DNA from: Cenococcum geophilum
Taxonomy: Eukaryota
DNA: 64,000 bases
Assembly (NCBI GenBank): GCA_050273025.1
Contig: CP158636.1
Span: 5,208,001-5,272,000, forward strand
Reading direction: 5' to 3'
Part shown: in pieces, positions 40,187-53,737 of the stretch
How the letters are laid out: each line of letters opens with the position of its first letter
How positions within the stretch are numbered: position 1 is the stretch's first letter
The notes under the pieces: model-generated
Database searches by the model: none
What the model was told of the DNA's origin: nothing
The model's input: only the letters and a program-made list of their open reading frames with translations
Translations under genes and position numbers: made by a program

Positions 40187-41386
40187 ACTATAATATAAGT
40201 AGTAAAGCTTAAATTAGATTAAAAACGTGTTAAAAAACCCTTAATAAAGTTTATCTAAAAGAATAATGCCTTTTATTTTATAAAGTCTATTAAATCTTAT
40301 AGTTAAGAGATTATAAGCCATTTATAGTATTTTAACTTTTATTACTATTCTTACTGCCTATACTACCTTTAAGATCTTTCTAAGTTAATAAGTAAAACTA
40401 TATCTCTTTTACTAATATATTTTGTCCTACTATTATCTATTACAGCACTAATACGCGTAACCTAGGCAAGGGGCCTAGTTAGGGGTTCGGCTAAGGGCTT
40501 AGAGCTATATATACAGATATATTCTTTCCTCTACTTTCTTCTACTCCTTAGCTTAATATCCGCGTTAATAGACTACCAATTATACAGGCTTACGCGTCTC
40601 TCTTATGCCGTGCTAGTGCCTCGATTAAGTCGCTATAATATTACTAATAAGAGCTAGTTAATAGAATCAATAAGATTAAAGTTTCGTAATAGAAAATATA
40701 AGGTTGCAAAATCTACCAATTTCTATATATATTTAATCTTTAAAAATAAGTTATTAAGATAAAATAGCTAATACTTATCTCTTTTATAGAATGGAATTTA
40801 GTAAATAGAGTAGCTAAATATAGCTTTATAAAGCCTCTTTTAACTTTTACTTAACTTTTACTTAAGCTTTAGTAGATTATTAAGCTATATTATAAAAAGT
40901 TTATTTAGAGAAAGTCTTATTGTATATATATTATAATATAATACCATTAAGCTATTAAACTTAAAAGACTTTAATATTTTTATAAGTATATAAGTAGATA
41001 AAATTAAATCGCCAATTACGTAGGCTACGTATAGGCTACGTATTAAAAAAAACTCGATATAGAATAGTTAGTCGAGTAAGTTAATGCTTTTAACTACACG
41101 TCAATTATATCAATATTAGGTAATGGAGTTACCTTACTTATATATATTGTTCTACACAGCATATCTAGCAAGTGAGCTAGATATCCGCTTACCTTTTTAG
41201 GGTTATTTAGTAGCCGAGTGGCGTAGAGCTTATTACCTTATAATTAACTAATAGTAATTTAAGCTATTAATAGGGGACGATATTTTATTAATAAGAATAA
41301 AGCTTATTTATTATCCTATTAATAAAGAAGAGTTTATATATATTAAAGGGTTTATATAAATTAAACTTAGAAGAAAGATTTAGGGT

Positions 41387-41654
41387 TATTCGTACTAACT
41401 TAATAGCATAAGTGAGTCGTATCTACGGGCACGAAATACGTGTAGTATTGTATACTTGTTTAGATGGTGACTGTCGATTATATAAAGCAGACTACGTAGT
41501 CTATATACTAATGCACCTCCCCCCTAATTAGTCAGTGCTTTATAAGTACACCAGACGCGTAAGTAAGTGGTTAGTGCACTAAACGCGTAAACGCGTACCT
41601 GGTGTACCGAACGCGTAAGCACGCGTTTAGTATAACAGGTGCTGTAATTATATA
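41387..41654 (-). repeat. 3' LTR of element A
   Basis: Direct repeat of 53738-54005. Confidence 0.92.
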
Positions 41655-44600
41655 CTAGCAGTACTTAAAAAATAAAACCACCTATATACAGCCTCCGTAA
41701 TTGCTTTAATAAAACTATAGAATATAAAGGAAAATACATAGGAAATCTCCCCTAAGGTACTGTCTAGGCTGCCTTCTAAACGGTACCTTAAGCTGGCTGT
41801 AAGTCCTGCTTATAGTCCGTAAAATAAACCGTACGGCCTTTTGACGGGTAGTAAGTTAGATTTTAAGGGCCGCTAAGGCGCTAGTGCTAAGCGAGCTAAT
41901 GGCGATTTTCCATCCCGGGGATGGAAAATCGTAATTGGTTAATTTAACCACCCTATAAAATTCGGCAGGTTACGTAAGTCCACCAAGTTCTACTATAGCT
42001 TTTCACCATTTTCTACCTATACCGTACAATAAGTTGTACGGCCTTCCAACGGGCCGTAGATATACCATAGGTGCTCCATTAGTCCCGTTCTACCTATTCT
42101 ATAACTTTTAGGTTAAGCTTATTTATGTTAATTAGGGTTTTAAGGGCTTAATACGGCTTTGCCTTAGTTATAGCGTCCGCTAGGTTATCTCTACTACTAA
42201 TCCATTTAACCTCCATAATCTTACGTTATTTATAGGCCTAATATAAGCACATTAGGTTGACTATAAGCCTCTTCTCTTATGTTGTACCTAGTTTAACTAG
42301 GCAGTTATAAAGGGACTTTAAATCGGTGTATAAAACCAGGGGTAACTGCTTTAGTTATAGAATCTTCTAGACCGTTAATTTGATTATAGCTGTTATATCA
42401 AATCTATAAGCTAGTATATATAGTTTAGAAGCTAGTACACTATAGGTTACTTATTTATACTTAATTAAAGACCAGTGCAGTATATTTACGTCCTAATTAC
42501 GGTCCGTAAGTATAATTATAAAGCCAATTTATAATAATAGGTCTTTATTATTAGCAAAGGAGGCGTCCGTAAATACTAGTAGGCTAAGGGAATTCAGGTC
42601 TAGTGGTATAAAAGTAAGTCCCCTTACTATATTGTCAATTTGCCACTAAATACGCTTATTAAGCTGCTTAATATTTTCTTCTTACAGATCTACTACCTAG
42701 GCCGTAAAGAACAAGTCATAAGCAGATTTAGGTTAGCAGACTATAGCAATATAGGCGCCTCTTACACGCTATATAGCGTATTAGTCCTTTATATTTATGG
42801 TCTTATAGGTCTCTCTACGGGAACTAGTAAGGTCCGTAGGCTTTACTATAACAAGCTTTAGGTTTTAAGCTTAGCGTTCCTAAGTTAGCTTAATTAGGTT
42901 ACCCTTTTATATAATTAGGCCTCTATTAAACTTAATCAAATTCTGCTTAGTTAACTACTCTTATAGCTTTACCAAAAACTTAGCTTTTTATAGTTTAGTT
43001 TCTTTAATATCTGTAAAGGTCTGGTCTGCTAGGAATAGGGTATTGTCTATTTAAAGTCCAATAATACTAAGGCCGTTTAATAGGCTATATAGGAGGTAGG
43101 GGTTGTAGGTCGACTGTTCCATTTTAAGCTTACTAATATAATGCTAGTGGTATATCTTAAACCAGTGGTTCCTAGCTTCTAGTACTCCGTAAAGAGGTTT
43201 TATAACCTATAAAATTATTCCTAGTTATAGGTTAAGCTTATAGGGTAGTCATATAAAGATGTCCCTACTTAGGTAGATATTGGACTGCACGTAGGCTTAT
43301 AAAATATCCCGTAAATATAGGGCTACAAGTTTAGTTTGCTGTAGTCCCGGCGTAAGTGTAAGTATAATTTATTAGCTGACTTATTAAATTATAGGCAATT
43401 ATATAAGGACTAAGTCCTTTCCCTTATTATTATAAGCTTATACAATAAGCCTTAATTTCTTAAAGGCTTTATTAGTACTAAGGTGCTTAATCTCATTAAT
43501 AAAGCGTAAGTTAAATATACGGACGCCTTATAGGACGTCTTTCTCTATTATAACTACAAAGACACCCTTTTTAAGTAGTCTGTTAATTTTTTTACGTTAT
43601 AAGTCCGTAAATAGGGTTTCCTATACTAGAACTAATATATTTATAGGCGGAGATTACCTTGCGGATATTTCTACGGAGGTTAGGTAATTTTTTATTATGG
43701 TATTCTTAGTTACGGGGTGCTTTTAGGGGCGTCCTTAACTACGCTTTATAATAGGTTTAGTAGGTTTAGTAAATTTCTAGGGGACTTTTAGGGTAGGCAA
43801 GGGTGCTTCCAGTTTATTTAATTCAGCAGGTGCTTTTGGTTTATCTAGTTTAATAGGTGCTTCTAGTTCGTCTAGTTTAACGTTATAGGTGTTTTTGGGC
43901 CGAAAGTAGGGTTTTACGGACGTACTTCTAAAGCTAGTTAGCCTACTAGAAAGCTATACATAGCACGTCTTATTTTCTATAGCTAGTAGATAATAAGGTC
44001 CATTCTAACTGCCGCTTTTACGCTATATAAGGACTTTAGAGTTAAGCAAGAGGTCGTATACTAGGGTTATGTTAGGTCCGTTATAGTAGTATAGGGCATT
44101 ATTAATAGCTTACTTAGCCCATAGCTTAACTATTTCAGTTATTACCTTTTGTATTATAGCTACTCGTTCCGTAATAGACGGGGCAGGAGGGCCTAGGTTA
44201 CTTATCCTTAGGTAAGCTCCGTAAACCAAAAGGGTGGGTACTAGTCCATCAGGGCTAGCGGTATCGTTAATAGCTTTTATAGCCATCTATAAAGCCAGTT
44301 CCTTTTAGATATCCTTATACTCATCTATAATAATTTAGTAAGCTCTCTATAAGGCTAGGTAAGCTCACTTAATAAGCCTAATAGACCAATACGCCTTAAC
44401 TAGAATAGCTTTTATTAATATAGCTATAGCCATAGTATACTGCTAGAATTCCTTACTAATAAAGTTCCTACTAGTATCGTAGGTAATATACTACGGAGGT
44501 CCAACGTATGTGTTAATCTAGCAGGTCCGTAAAATATCCCAAGTGTATTTTATAGATATATTTTGCAACTAACGGGCGGCTTAATAGCGGGTTGCCTCGT

Positions 44601-45586
44601 TAATTATATATAATACTAGACTGCCGTTAATGTACATAATATCCACGTATACTAAGTAGTTAAAGTTAAGGTCCTTATAAAGGGTGAACTTAAATCGGCT
44701 TAGGGAACGTCTATATTTCTAGCAGAAGGAGCAGTATTTAGTTAGGTAGTCAATTGCCTTTCTATTAACATCGTTATATCCAGAGCGTTTAAGGACTCTA
44801 TATAGCTTTTCGGCTAACAGGTGGCCGAAACAGCGGTATAGGCGGTAGATCTCCGTACTGGTAAGATAGCACAGGTTATAGTCGAAAGATTCCTAAATAT
44901 AGGTCCGTAAAGTCTCTCCCTATATAAGGAACGGGTGTCTAAATCGTTATATAATTGGCAGGGTAATATACTTGCTTCCTAGGGCAGTTACGGGGCCAAT
45001 TAGGGTGTCCATAACATTATTGTAGTATACCTATAACCTATCTATATCTGTAAGACAGAGTAGGAAGGGGGTGTCTGCTTTTACCACATAGAAGTTAACT
45101 AGGCTAATTAGAGTCTTAACTTTAACTAATCTAATTAATGCGGTTAAGCCGATGCCGAATTAGACGTTTACGGCCCTAGTTTACGTAATATTAATATCTA
45201 TATTGTTATTTGTAGTGGTCCTATATATAAGGTATTGTCCGTAGCCTACGGTAGACTTCTTAGAGGCACTTGTGTCGATTATAACACCGTAGAATTCCTT
45301 AGGGGTATAGCGTTCTGTGGTAATATATATAAATAGGTCCTACTTATAATCTATAACATCTATAACGGGGGTACTTGCGGAATAGTTTTTAGGCGTAACT
45401 AAGTGTATAAAGGAACGGTCGGCTAATATAGTCATAATATTAAAGGCTTAGCTGTCCGTAAAAGGTCTAAAAGTGGTTAGAAATGTCTCTAAGGTCTCTT
45501 ATTCCTAAGTATCTAAGTTAAAGTTAATTATAAGGGCTTTTATTAACTTATTAAGGGGCTCTTCTACTTCCTTTCCTTTGTATTCT

Positions 45587-45772
45587 TGTCGGGAATGAGG
45601 CAAGTTGCCGTCGTATAAAGTATATTGCCGTCACGTGTCGACGTGGCCCTAGCGTGGTAAAGAACCTTAAGTTCCTTACCCCTTTCCTTATTTCTATCAA
45701 TAAGAATTAACCAACATCACTATAACCCTACTCAAGTAGTTGTTATTGGTAAGTTACCCTATATTTCTAATA
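45587..45772 (+). repeat. 5' LTR of element B
   Basis: Direct repeat of 51662-51847. Confidence 0.92.
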
Positions 45773-48700
45773 CTAATTAGTGGTTGAATATATAGTCAAC
45801 TATAGAGCAGCTAGGTTTTTAAATAGAAGAAACAGTCTTGTATAGGGGTGCTATATACGCTTATATGGAATGGATCCCGGCAATACTATACTACCTTAAA
45901 CTTGCGGAAAACTAGTAATAAAAGTGTTACTAAGTACTAGGAGATACCAAGTTGCGTCTATTACGCAGAACAACCACATTTACAAAGATTTGGTTAAGTA
46001 CTTTAGGTTAGAAGTGTTACTAAACCTACGGTCCTAAAATTAACGTCCGAAATATATTAAACAACTACGTATATAAAGATTTGGTCGAGTACTTTAGGTT
46101 AAAAGTATTACTAAACCTACGGTCCTAAAGTTAATGTCCGAAACGCGTTAATAATATCTCAATTGCCTACCTTTTAATAGCAAACCTATGAGATTCTATA
46201 AAGCCAAAAACCCTACCTACCTTCGACGTACGACACCCCGTTGATTTTATACCTACTATGGCGTTAACCTACCTAAAGAAGTATAAGAAAAGCATTAACC
46301 CAGAGATATAGGACATAGACATTAACCCTATAAACGCTGAGGAATAGGACCTAAACGGATTCTTAGTATACCGCATAGTATACTATATAGACAGCGAATA
46401 TAACGATACTGAGCTATGGTGTTATATAAAGGAGGACTTTATTAGATAGATAAAAGAAATATAGGCTCTTGTGAAGAAGGACGTTATATAAGACTTCTAT
46501 AACTTCCTTTGGGAGAATAGAGTATTTATCCCTATGGATGGGGGTGCTATTAGAGATAATATCTAGGAGTAAGTTATTAACATAAAAAAAGAGCACGAAT
46601 GGACTCTATAAGAGGTTAAGCACTAACTACGCACTAAGAGGAAGCTTAACTTACGATGGAATCTAAATAATACGCCAATAGAGACGCGCTCTAATTCTAT
46701 TACTCTAGGCATAAGTTCTTATATTCCGTATCTATTGCTTCTACCTCTATCTCTAGCTTCCTAGGATCTACCAATTTAACTAGTAATATTAACCACTACC
46801 CCTTAAGAGCAAGCGCAAGATCCCCTTGCTTCGCGATTTAATAACCTTTAAACTCTACTATAGGAAGATTAGGTACCACGCCGTGTTTCACCAAGCCCTA
46901 TATCTCCACTGCAGCCTATAAAGTAATCCCTACCTTAATTTCTAATATAATTTTAACGTGGTCTAATACCACTTAGAGGTACCTTAAAAATGCTTATAGA
47001 GCTTATAAAGCTCTATGCAGACTAGGAGAAGAAGTTTAGTAGGGAACTGTATAACATCCTTAATTTAAAGCTGCGTATCTTCTATAACTATTGCTAAAAG
47101 GTTAGACTAGAACCTAACTAATATTATAACGCCTATTTTATTATGTTTAAGGGCCGCGCCAATACCTTCTATTATAATTATTTAGTAGGAAAAGGATATA
47201 ATTTTAACTAAATAATATATAAGATAAGATGCCACTTTAAAATAGAAGAGAATAAGTAGCAATATATATTGGAGTGGAGAGAGACTACCTTCTTAAAAAT
47301 CATTGCTACGAACCCAGGTATCTCTTAGCTTAATTATCTTTAAAAGCTCTTTAATTAACTTTAGATAATTTAGTATAGTTTATCCAAATTATATTAAAAG
47401 GACCTTAGCCTACGCGATTAAGTCATTAGCGTATGCTAAGGTATTAAAGAATGTAATCTTGCTTTTTTTAACCCTGTAAGTACTTACGAAGAAGTATATA
47501 CTTAATTAAGATCCTCTATTAGCACCGCTCTACGCTCTTAAGAAGTATAGTAATTTAACGCCTAACTTTAACCTACCTTAATTAACCTAGCCGACTAATA
47601 TAATTATAACTAGACTAATTAAATATATAGTGGACGTGGTAGGGGATATAGTAAAGGGTATAATTAACGTTAACTATAAGGCAATTATGGAGGTCCTTAT
47701 AGAGGTTTACTTCGGAGCAATTATTAGAAGAAGTGCTACGTTTATAAGAAGCCAAATTACTAGTTAACTAGACACCCTCTTAATAGATAAAAGGAGGTAT
47801 ATAATAGGTTTCGCCAGAGCGTATAAAATATTAAAAACTAAAAGGTTACTATAGCCTACTTCTAAAACTTTCTGGTTTAATATAAAGGCGAAGAAGATTT
47901 TAAAGGTAAGGTTAATGAGGCCAAACAGCTCCTTATAGATATAGAAATTAAGAACTACTCTCCTAACTAATACTTTACCAAGTATAGTAAGGTAAATGGT
48001 ATATAAACCGTCGCTATCCTTAATAACTAATCTACGCTCTATTCTATTATAAAGTTAGATATCTTTAACAAGCTAAAGGAAAGTTCCGCGTTCTCCTTTA
48101 ACAACAGATACTCAGTAAACGTCTTCTATAGTATTATGCTAGATACTAGAGCCACAGGAGTATCTATAGCAGGAGAGCCTTAAGTTCAAGCTCTTTAGTA
48201 GCTTAATAGCTCTGTTTAAATTAACTAATTAACAGCAGGCCAATATATAATTCGCTTTAGCAAGGGTACTATAATCTCTCTTAGTATAATTAAGGTCTAA
48301 ACCCTATTAGGATATATTACTTTCTATATTATCCCCGTAAATACCCTATTCCTATTCTACATCTAAGATATAGATAAATTAGGTATTAAGCTTAATAACC
48401 TTAAGAATATACTTATCTAGGGAGATAATCAGGTGCCCGTTATACGCAAGTGGGGTTACCCTTAGTTACTCCTTTAACAGCTAGAAAGGAGTATTACTTA
48501 AAGCTACCTAACCGAGTCAGAGTTACGTTAACTATACCATCGTTTTAGCCACCTATCTGTTCACTAATTACTTAGGGTCCTTTAGTAAGTAGGTTATAAA
48601 GTTAAGGTTAAGGTAATTAAACATCTTATAAAGTACTACTACCACTACTAAATAAACCAGAAGTCCCTTAGCCGATTTAAGTTTACTTTTAAAGACAACT

Positions 48701-51661
48701 ATAACTTTAACTTCTACATTATTATAGATGTTATATATCTTAGCAGTAAGCCAGTACTCTAAGTTATTAACTTCTTAACCTCCTTCTAAGCCGCACGCTT
48801 TTTAAAAGATATATTAGCTAGGAATATATAGGATACTCTTTAATTATACTAGATTAATGTCTACCTAGGACCCCCTAATTAAATCATTTATAACATAGGA
48901 AAGAACTTCTTATCTATAGAGTTTTAATAATAGGCAAAGGTAATAATAATTAAGGTTAAGGAAGTCCCTGTTAAGGCATATAATAGTATTAGAAAAGTAG
49001 AATAATATTATACGCCATTACGCCGCGTATATAAGATTATTTCTTTAGAACTAGAGGGTGCTAGCGAAGAGCTTATCCTATAGATGGCTATTAAGGCTAT
49101 TAACGATACCGCTGGCCTAGATAGGCTCGTACCTATATTACTAGTCTTTAGCGCCTACCCTTAAATAACTAATAATTCTCTACTATCTCCCTCTATTACG
49201 TAATAAGCTAAGGCTATTCGCAAGATAATAAAGGAGGTATAACGTCTCTACACCACGCGCTAGGTTAATAATATACTAGGAATAAGAAATGGCCTAAACA
49301 CCTTAACTATATTTAATCTGCCACTCTAATTGGAGGTACGCGTATGGCGTAAAAAGGGAGGATGGTTAGGCCTATATAAACTTATTATAATTAATAGTTA
49401 AACTTATACTCTTTAGATGCCCTATAGACCCACTTAATTCCGCTTAACTATTATTAAGCCCTACTATAGAGATAATAGCTCTAAGCCTTTATAGGATGCC
49501 CTAGAGGATACCCTAGAGGAGAACCATAATTAACGTGCTCTAGAAGGCGAAGGCGATTCTAATATAATTGTAGTAAACGTACCGCAACTATAACGCGGTA
49601 GAGGTCGCCTAAAGGGATTATAAAATTGCTAACATCTTATTAATTTTAAAGAGCAATTTATTACCGCTATTAAGAATAAAGATAAACTATTAATAGCCTT
49701 TATAACAGCTAAAGAGAAGGCTAACTTTAAACTTGCAAAATAGCTCTAAAAGAAAGGCCGCATTATAACTTTAGGAGCTCCTTTTTAAGTATCTAATAAG
49801 CAGAAAATCAACGGTCTTATTATAAGAGGAGTCTTTAAATTTAAGAAATATAACCCTACTAAGTTTAATAGAGTCCGTATATTTAAGTTAAGAATAGTTA
49901 ATAAGATTAAAGGCAAAGCTACCGATACCCTATTTAAGAAGTTAAGGCTAGTTATTTAAGGTTATAACAATAACGGTAAGGAAGTAATCCTTACGTAATC
50001 CCCTATAATTTAACAAGCTAGTTAATAAGTTATTATTACGCTAGCTCCCTCCTTAATAAAGAATAGGATAGTAGTTTACCTATAAGATATTACTTAGGCC
50101 TATACCCAATTAGAGACGCGCCTTTAGCGCTTAATACTAGCATACCTTCTAGAGCAAATTCGCCACTAATATCCCGAGGATACAATTATAGTTATACTTA
50201 AGCCATTATATAGAATCGCAGAGGCAGGAACTTATTAGTGGGCTACCTATAGCAAGCACCATAAGGAGAAGCTTTTAATAACTACTTTTATATTTAATCC
50301 CTACTTCCTCATTATAACTACGGGAACTCTATTCGGAATTATCGGCATATAAATAGACGATATAATTATCTTAGGAGACGACTAATTCTTAGCTCTTAAA
50401 GAAGATAAGCTAGTAAAGGTAAACCTTATAGTAAAGCCAAAGGAAAGACTTAACTTAGTAATACCATTACTCTTTAATAGATATATCCTCTCCCTAAATA
50501 AGGGCTCCATTACTCTACGCTAAAAGGGTTAAGGTAAGAAGATTAACGTTATTAACATTAATTCTCTAAAGTAAGGATATATAGAGTAACGCGCTTATAA
50601 AGCTTATATAGCTTCTATCTGTTAACCCAAGGCTTCCTTTAATCTCTCTGTTGCCGCTTAATACCAGGAACTAACTAAGGATAACGTTCTTACCCTAAAT
50701 AAGCGTCTTTTCTAGCAAATAAACTATCTTAATAGGGGACTACTCTACGTGCCTATTAACCTTCCTACTGTTAAGCTCTTTATATTCGTTAATAGATCGT
50801 TTATAAATAATAAAGATTTTAGTTCCTAGCTAGGATATAAGATTATTATTACAAATAAATCTACTAGAGAGAATAACTTCACGATCTACGGCAACCTTAT
50901 CTATTAGAGCTTAACTAAGAGTAAGCGCATTACTTAAAGCGTTTTAGCGTTAGAGATATATAGAATAGTCGGCGGAGTTAATATAGCAATTGCAATTAGA
51001 ACTACCCTTAAGATAATTATAGACCGGCTTAAACTTCCTGCTATCCCTATAATCGTATACACCAACTTATATTCCCTCTATAAGTATTTAGTTAAGCTTA
51101 ATACTATAAAGGAGAAGCGTCTTATAATCGATATTATGGTACTTTAGCAGTCCTATAAGCGTTAAGAACTCTTTAAGATCCGATAAATTAATAGCTAAGA
51201 TAACCTAGTAGATATAATAATAAAGGCAAACCCAAATAAGGCACTAGAGACGTTTGTTAATATAAATACTCTATATATATAAGTTAAAGGTTAGGTTAAA
51301 AGGGAAATTTAGAGAAGTTAAGATCTTATAGAACTTTAACCGCCGGTTAAAGTTATCTAATTAGTTAGATCCTTGCCAAGAGCGCCGCGCCTAATTAATT
51401 TAGGTAGCGGTATAGACTTCTACTAACCAATTAGGATTTTCCATGCCCGGCATAGAAAATCGCCATTAGCTCGCTTACTACTAGCGTCTTAGCGGCCTAC
51501 CTATTTTTGCGTTATCTACTAAATTCTACCAACTACTGTATTATTGTATATCGTCTGGTTTTGTTATATATTATCTGGTTTTATTACATATTATCTGGTA
51601 TTATTATATACTATCTATTTGTATATATATATATGGCAACTATAAAAAGAAGAGTTGTTAG

Positions 51662-51847
51662 TATTAGGAATAAGGTAAGTTACCGTTGTATAAAGCATAT
51701 TACCGTTACGTGTTAACATGGCCCTAGCGTGGTAAGGAACCTTAAGTTCCTCACCCCTTTCCTCATTCCTATTAATAAGAATTAACCAATATTACTATAA
51801 CCCTACTCGAGTAGTCGTTATTAGTGAGTCACCCTATGTTTCCAATA
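51662..51847 (+). repeat. 3' LTR of element B
   Basis: Direct repeat of 45587-45772. Confidence 0.92.
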
Positions 51848-53737
51848 ATTCTAAAATAAACTAGTTAATACGGCTATTAAGTCTTTTTCTAGACTTATTA
51901 CGTTCTTCCCGGGTATGCCTTATAAACTAATATCCTTCCTTACCGCACACAAAGCACTTCTAGCTAGTTTATCTATAGGGGTATGTTTTTATACGGGGGT
52001 TGCTACGGGGGTTATAGGTAGGACTTAGTTGGTACGGGTGCTGCTAGTAGTAGCGGCGGTCCGTAAAGTAGACGTCTAAGTCTATTTACGGATATTAAAT
52101 ATCCGCAATAAAGGCTTAAGTGCTGCCTAGTAGGTTTAAGACTTTATACATTATAATAAAGGAACGTAGGTCATTAATAAGGCCAGCTAAGGTATCTATA
52201 GGCTTATAGTAAGCGTACTTATAAGGCTCTACTTCCTAGCAGGCTGTAATAAGTTTATTATATAGGAAGTCATCTATTTAAAGCTTAGTGTTAAGGCCGT
52301 ACTATAGGTGCTGAAGATCTTTAATGAGAATTTGCAGGCACTCTATAGTCGATTTTTTAGTATTCTTATTAATTACGGTCCGTAGCTTGGTCGCATTTTA
52401 TTAGGTAAGAATATTACGCTTATATTTTAGTTCTTTAAAGTAGTTACGTATAGCTTTATATAGCTTATTAAAGGGAACACTAAGGGGGTTGCTTTTAAGG
52501 TTAGTATAGTAGTGGTTAAGTGCTAGGCTGTGCAGTATAGTGGAGTAGGCTTGGCTAAATTCCTATTTGGGAATATTAGCCTTCCAATAGAGGTCCGTAA
52601 AGATAGTAAGTTTAAAGTTAAAGTTATTGTTTTTACTGCTATACTTAGATTTATCGGTATAGAGCTTAGCTAGGTTAGCTAGCTCCTTACTATAGGTCTT
52701 TACTTAGGTGGGTTACGGATCTATAACTTATAAATCTATAGCTTGCGGATATATAGCTTACGGATCTGTGACTTAAATAATAGGGGTAATTTGGTCCGTA
52801 TTTTGGTTTATAGGGGTATTATAGTCTATAATTTGGGTTATGGGGGTATTATGGTCCGTAACTTAAGTATTAGGTATACTTTAGCCAGTAAGATTAATTT
52901 TAATACTATTTAGGTTTATAGAACAAATTTAGTTAAATAGGTTAGCTATAAGGCCAGAGATTCTATTAAGTTTAAAGGAGGTAAAGAGGTTACTGGTTTT
53001 AATGTAATCTAAAATCTACTCTTTAGTCTATTCCATTTAGTCCTCCTTATATAGTGTGTTGTATAGAGACCGTATAATAGTGACTTATCTGTCCCTTTTA
53101 ACCTATACGCCTTAGTAACATAAAAGGGTTTATAGGTTACGGATGGTAGTAGGGTTATAAGCCTTAAAAATAGCTTCCGTAAAGTCCGCAAAGTCTTCCT
53201 TATATTACTCCCATAGGTTATTATTTATAAGCTTAAAGTATTTATATTTAAGGATTTTAAAGCTAATATAGTTATTAACGTTGTTTATAGACGTAACGTT
53301 GACGCCTTATTTCTACTTCTTTTGACCTTCGCTGACTTGCTTGCTAATATCTGCTATACTATAGTGTAGTATAGTGCGTAGCGGGTGGTAGCAGCTTATA
53401 ACGGGTGGGGGAGGTCTTATAACGGTCCGTAAAATTAATTAATAGGTCCGTAATAGTTTATAGGAGGGTAGGGGGTTTCCGCAAAAGGTCCAAAGGGGTT
53501 TAAGGTTTAAGGGGGTTAAGGATAGGGGTTCCGTATAGGTCTATATTTATATCTATAACTTCTAGTAAACTATACTAAGACTTAAATAAGTATATAGAGT
53601 TGGAGATAAGTCTATAATCCCCGACTTCCGACCTTCTAGTAGGTCGTACTAGGAGTCTAAATAGGTGGTTACTGTTATGTGTATTGCTCGGGGGGAGGTA
53701 TTAAGTAATTGCTGATCTGTGCGCGCTTACTAATTAG

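Larger units (their letters stand above)
45587..51847 (+). mobile_element. Copia-superfamily (GalEa-like) LTR retrotransposon B, RIP-inactivated, nested antiparallel in element A
   Basis: 186-bp LTRs and TSD ATTCT (45582-45586 and 51848-51852). De-RIP readings: Zn knuckle KCYVCKKPNCWSTRH (~47730), protease (~48130), LHRRFGHP, integrase, RT with GMQTDDT (~50345), RNase H. CTAATTAG follows the 5' LTR. Confidence 0.92.
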
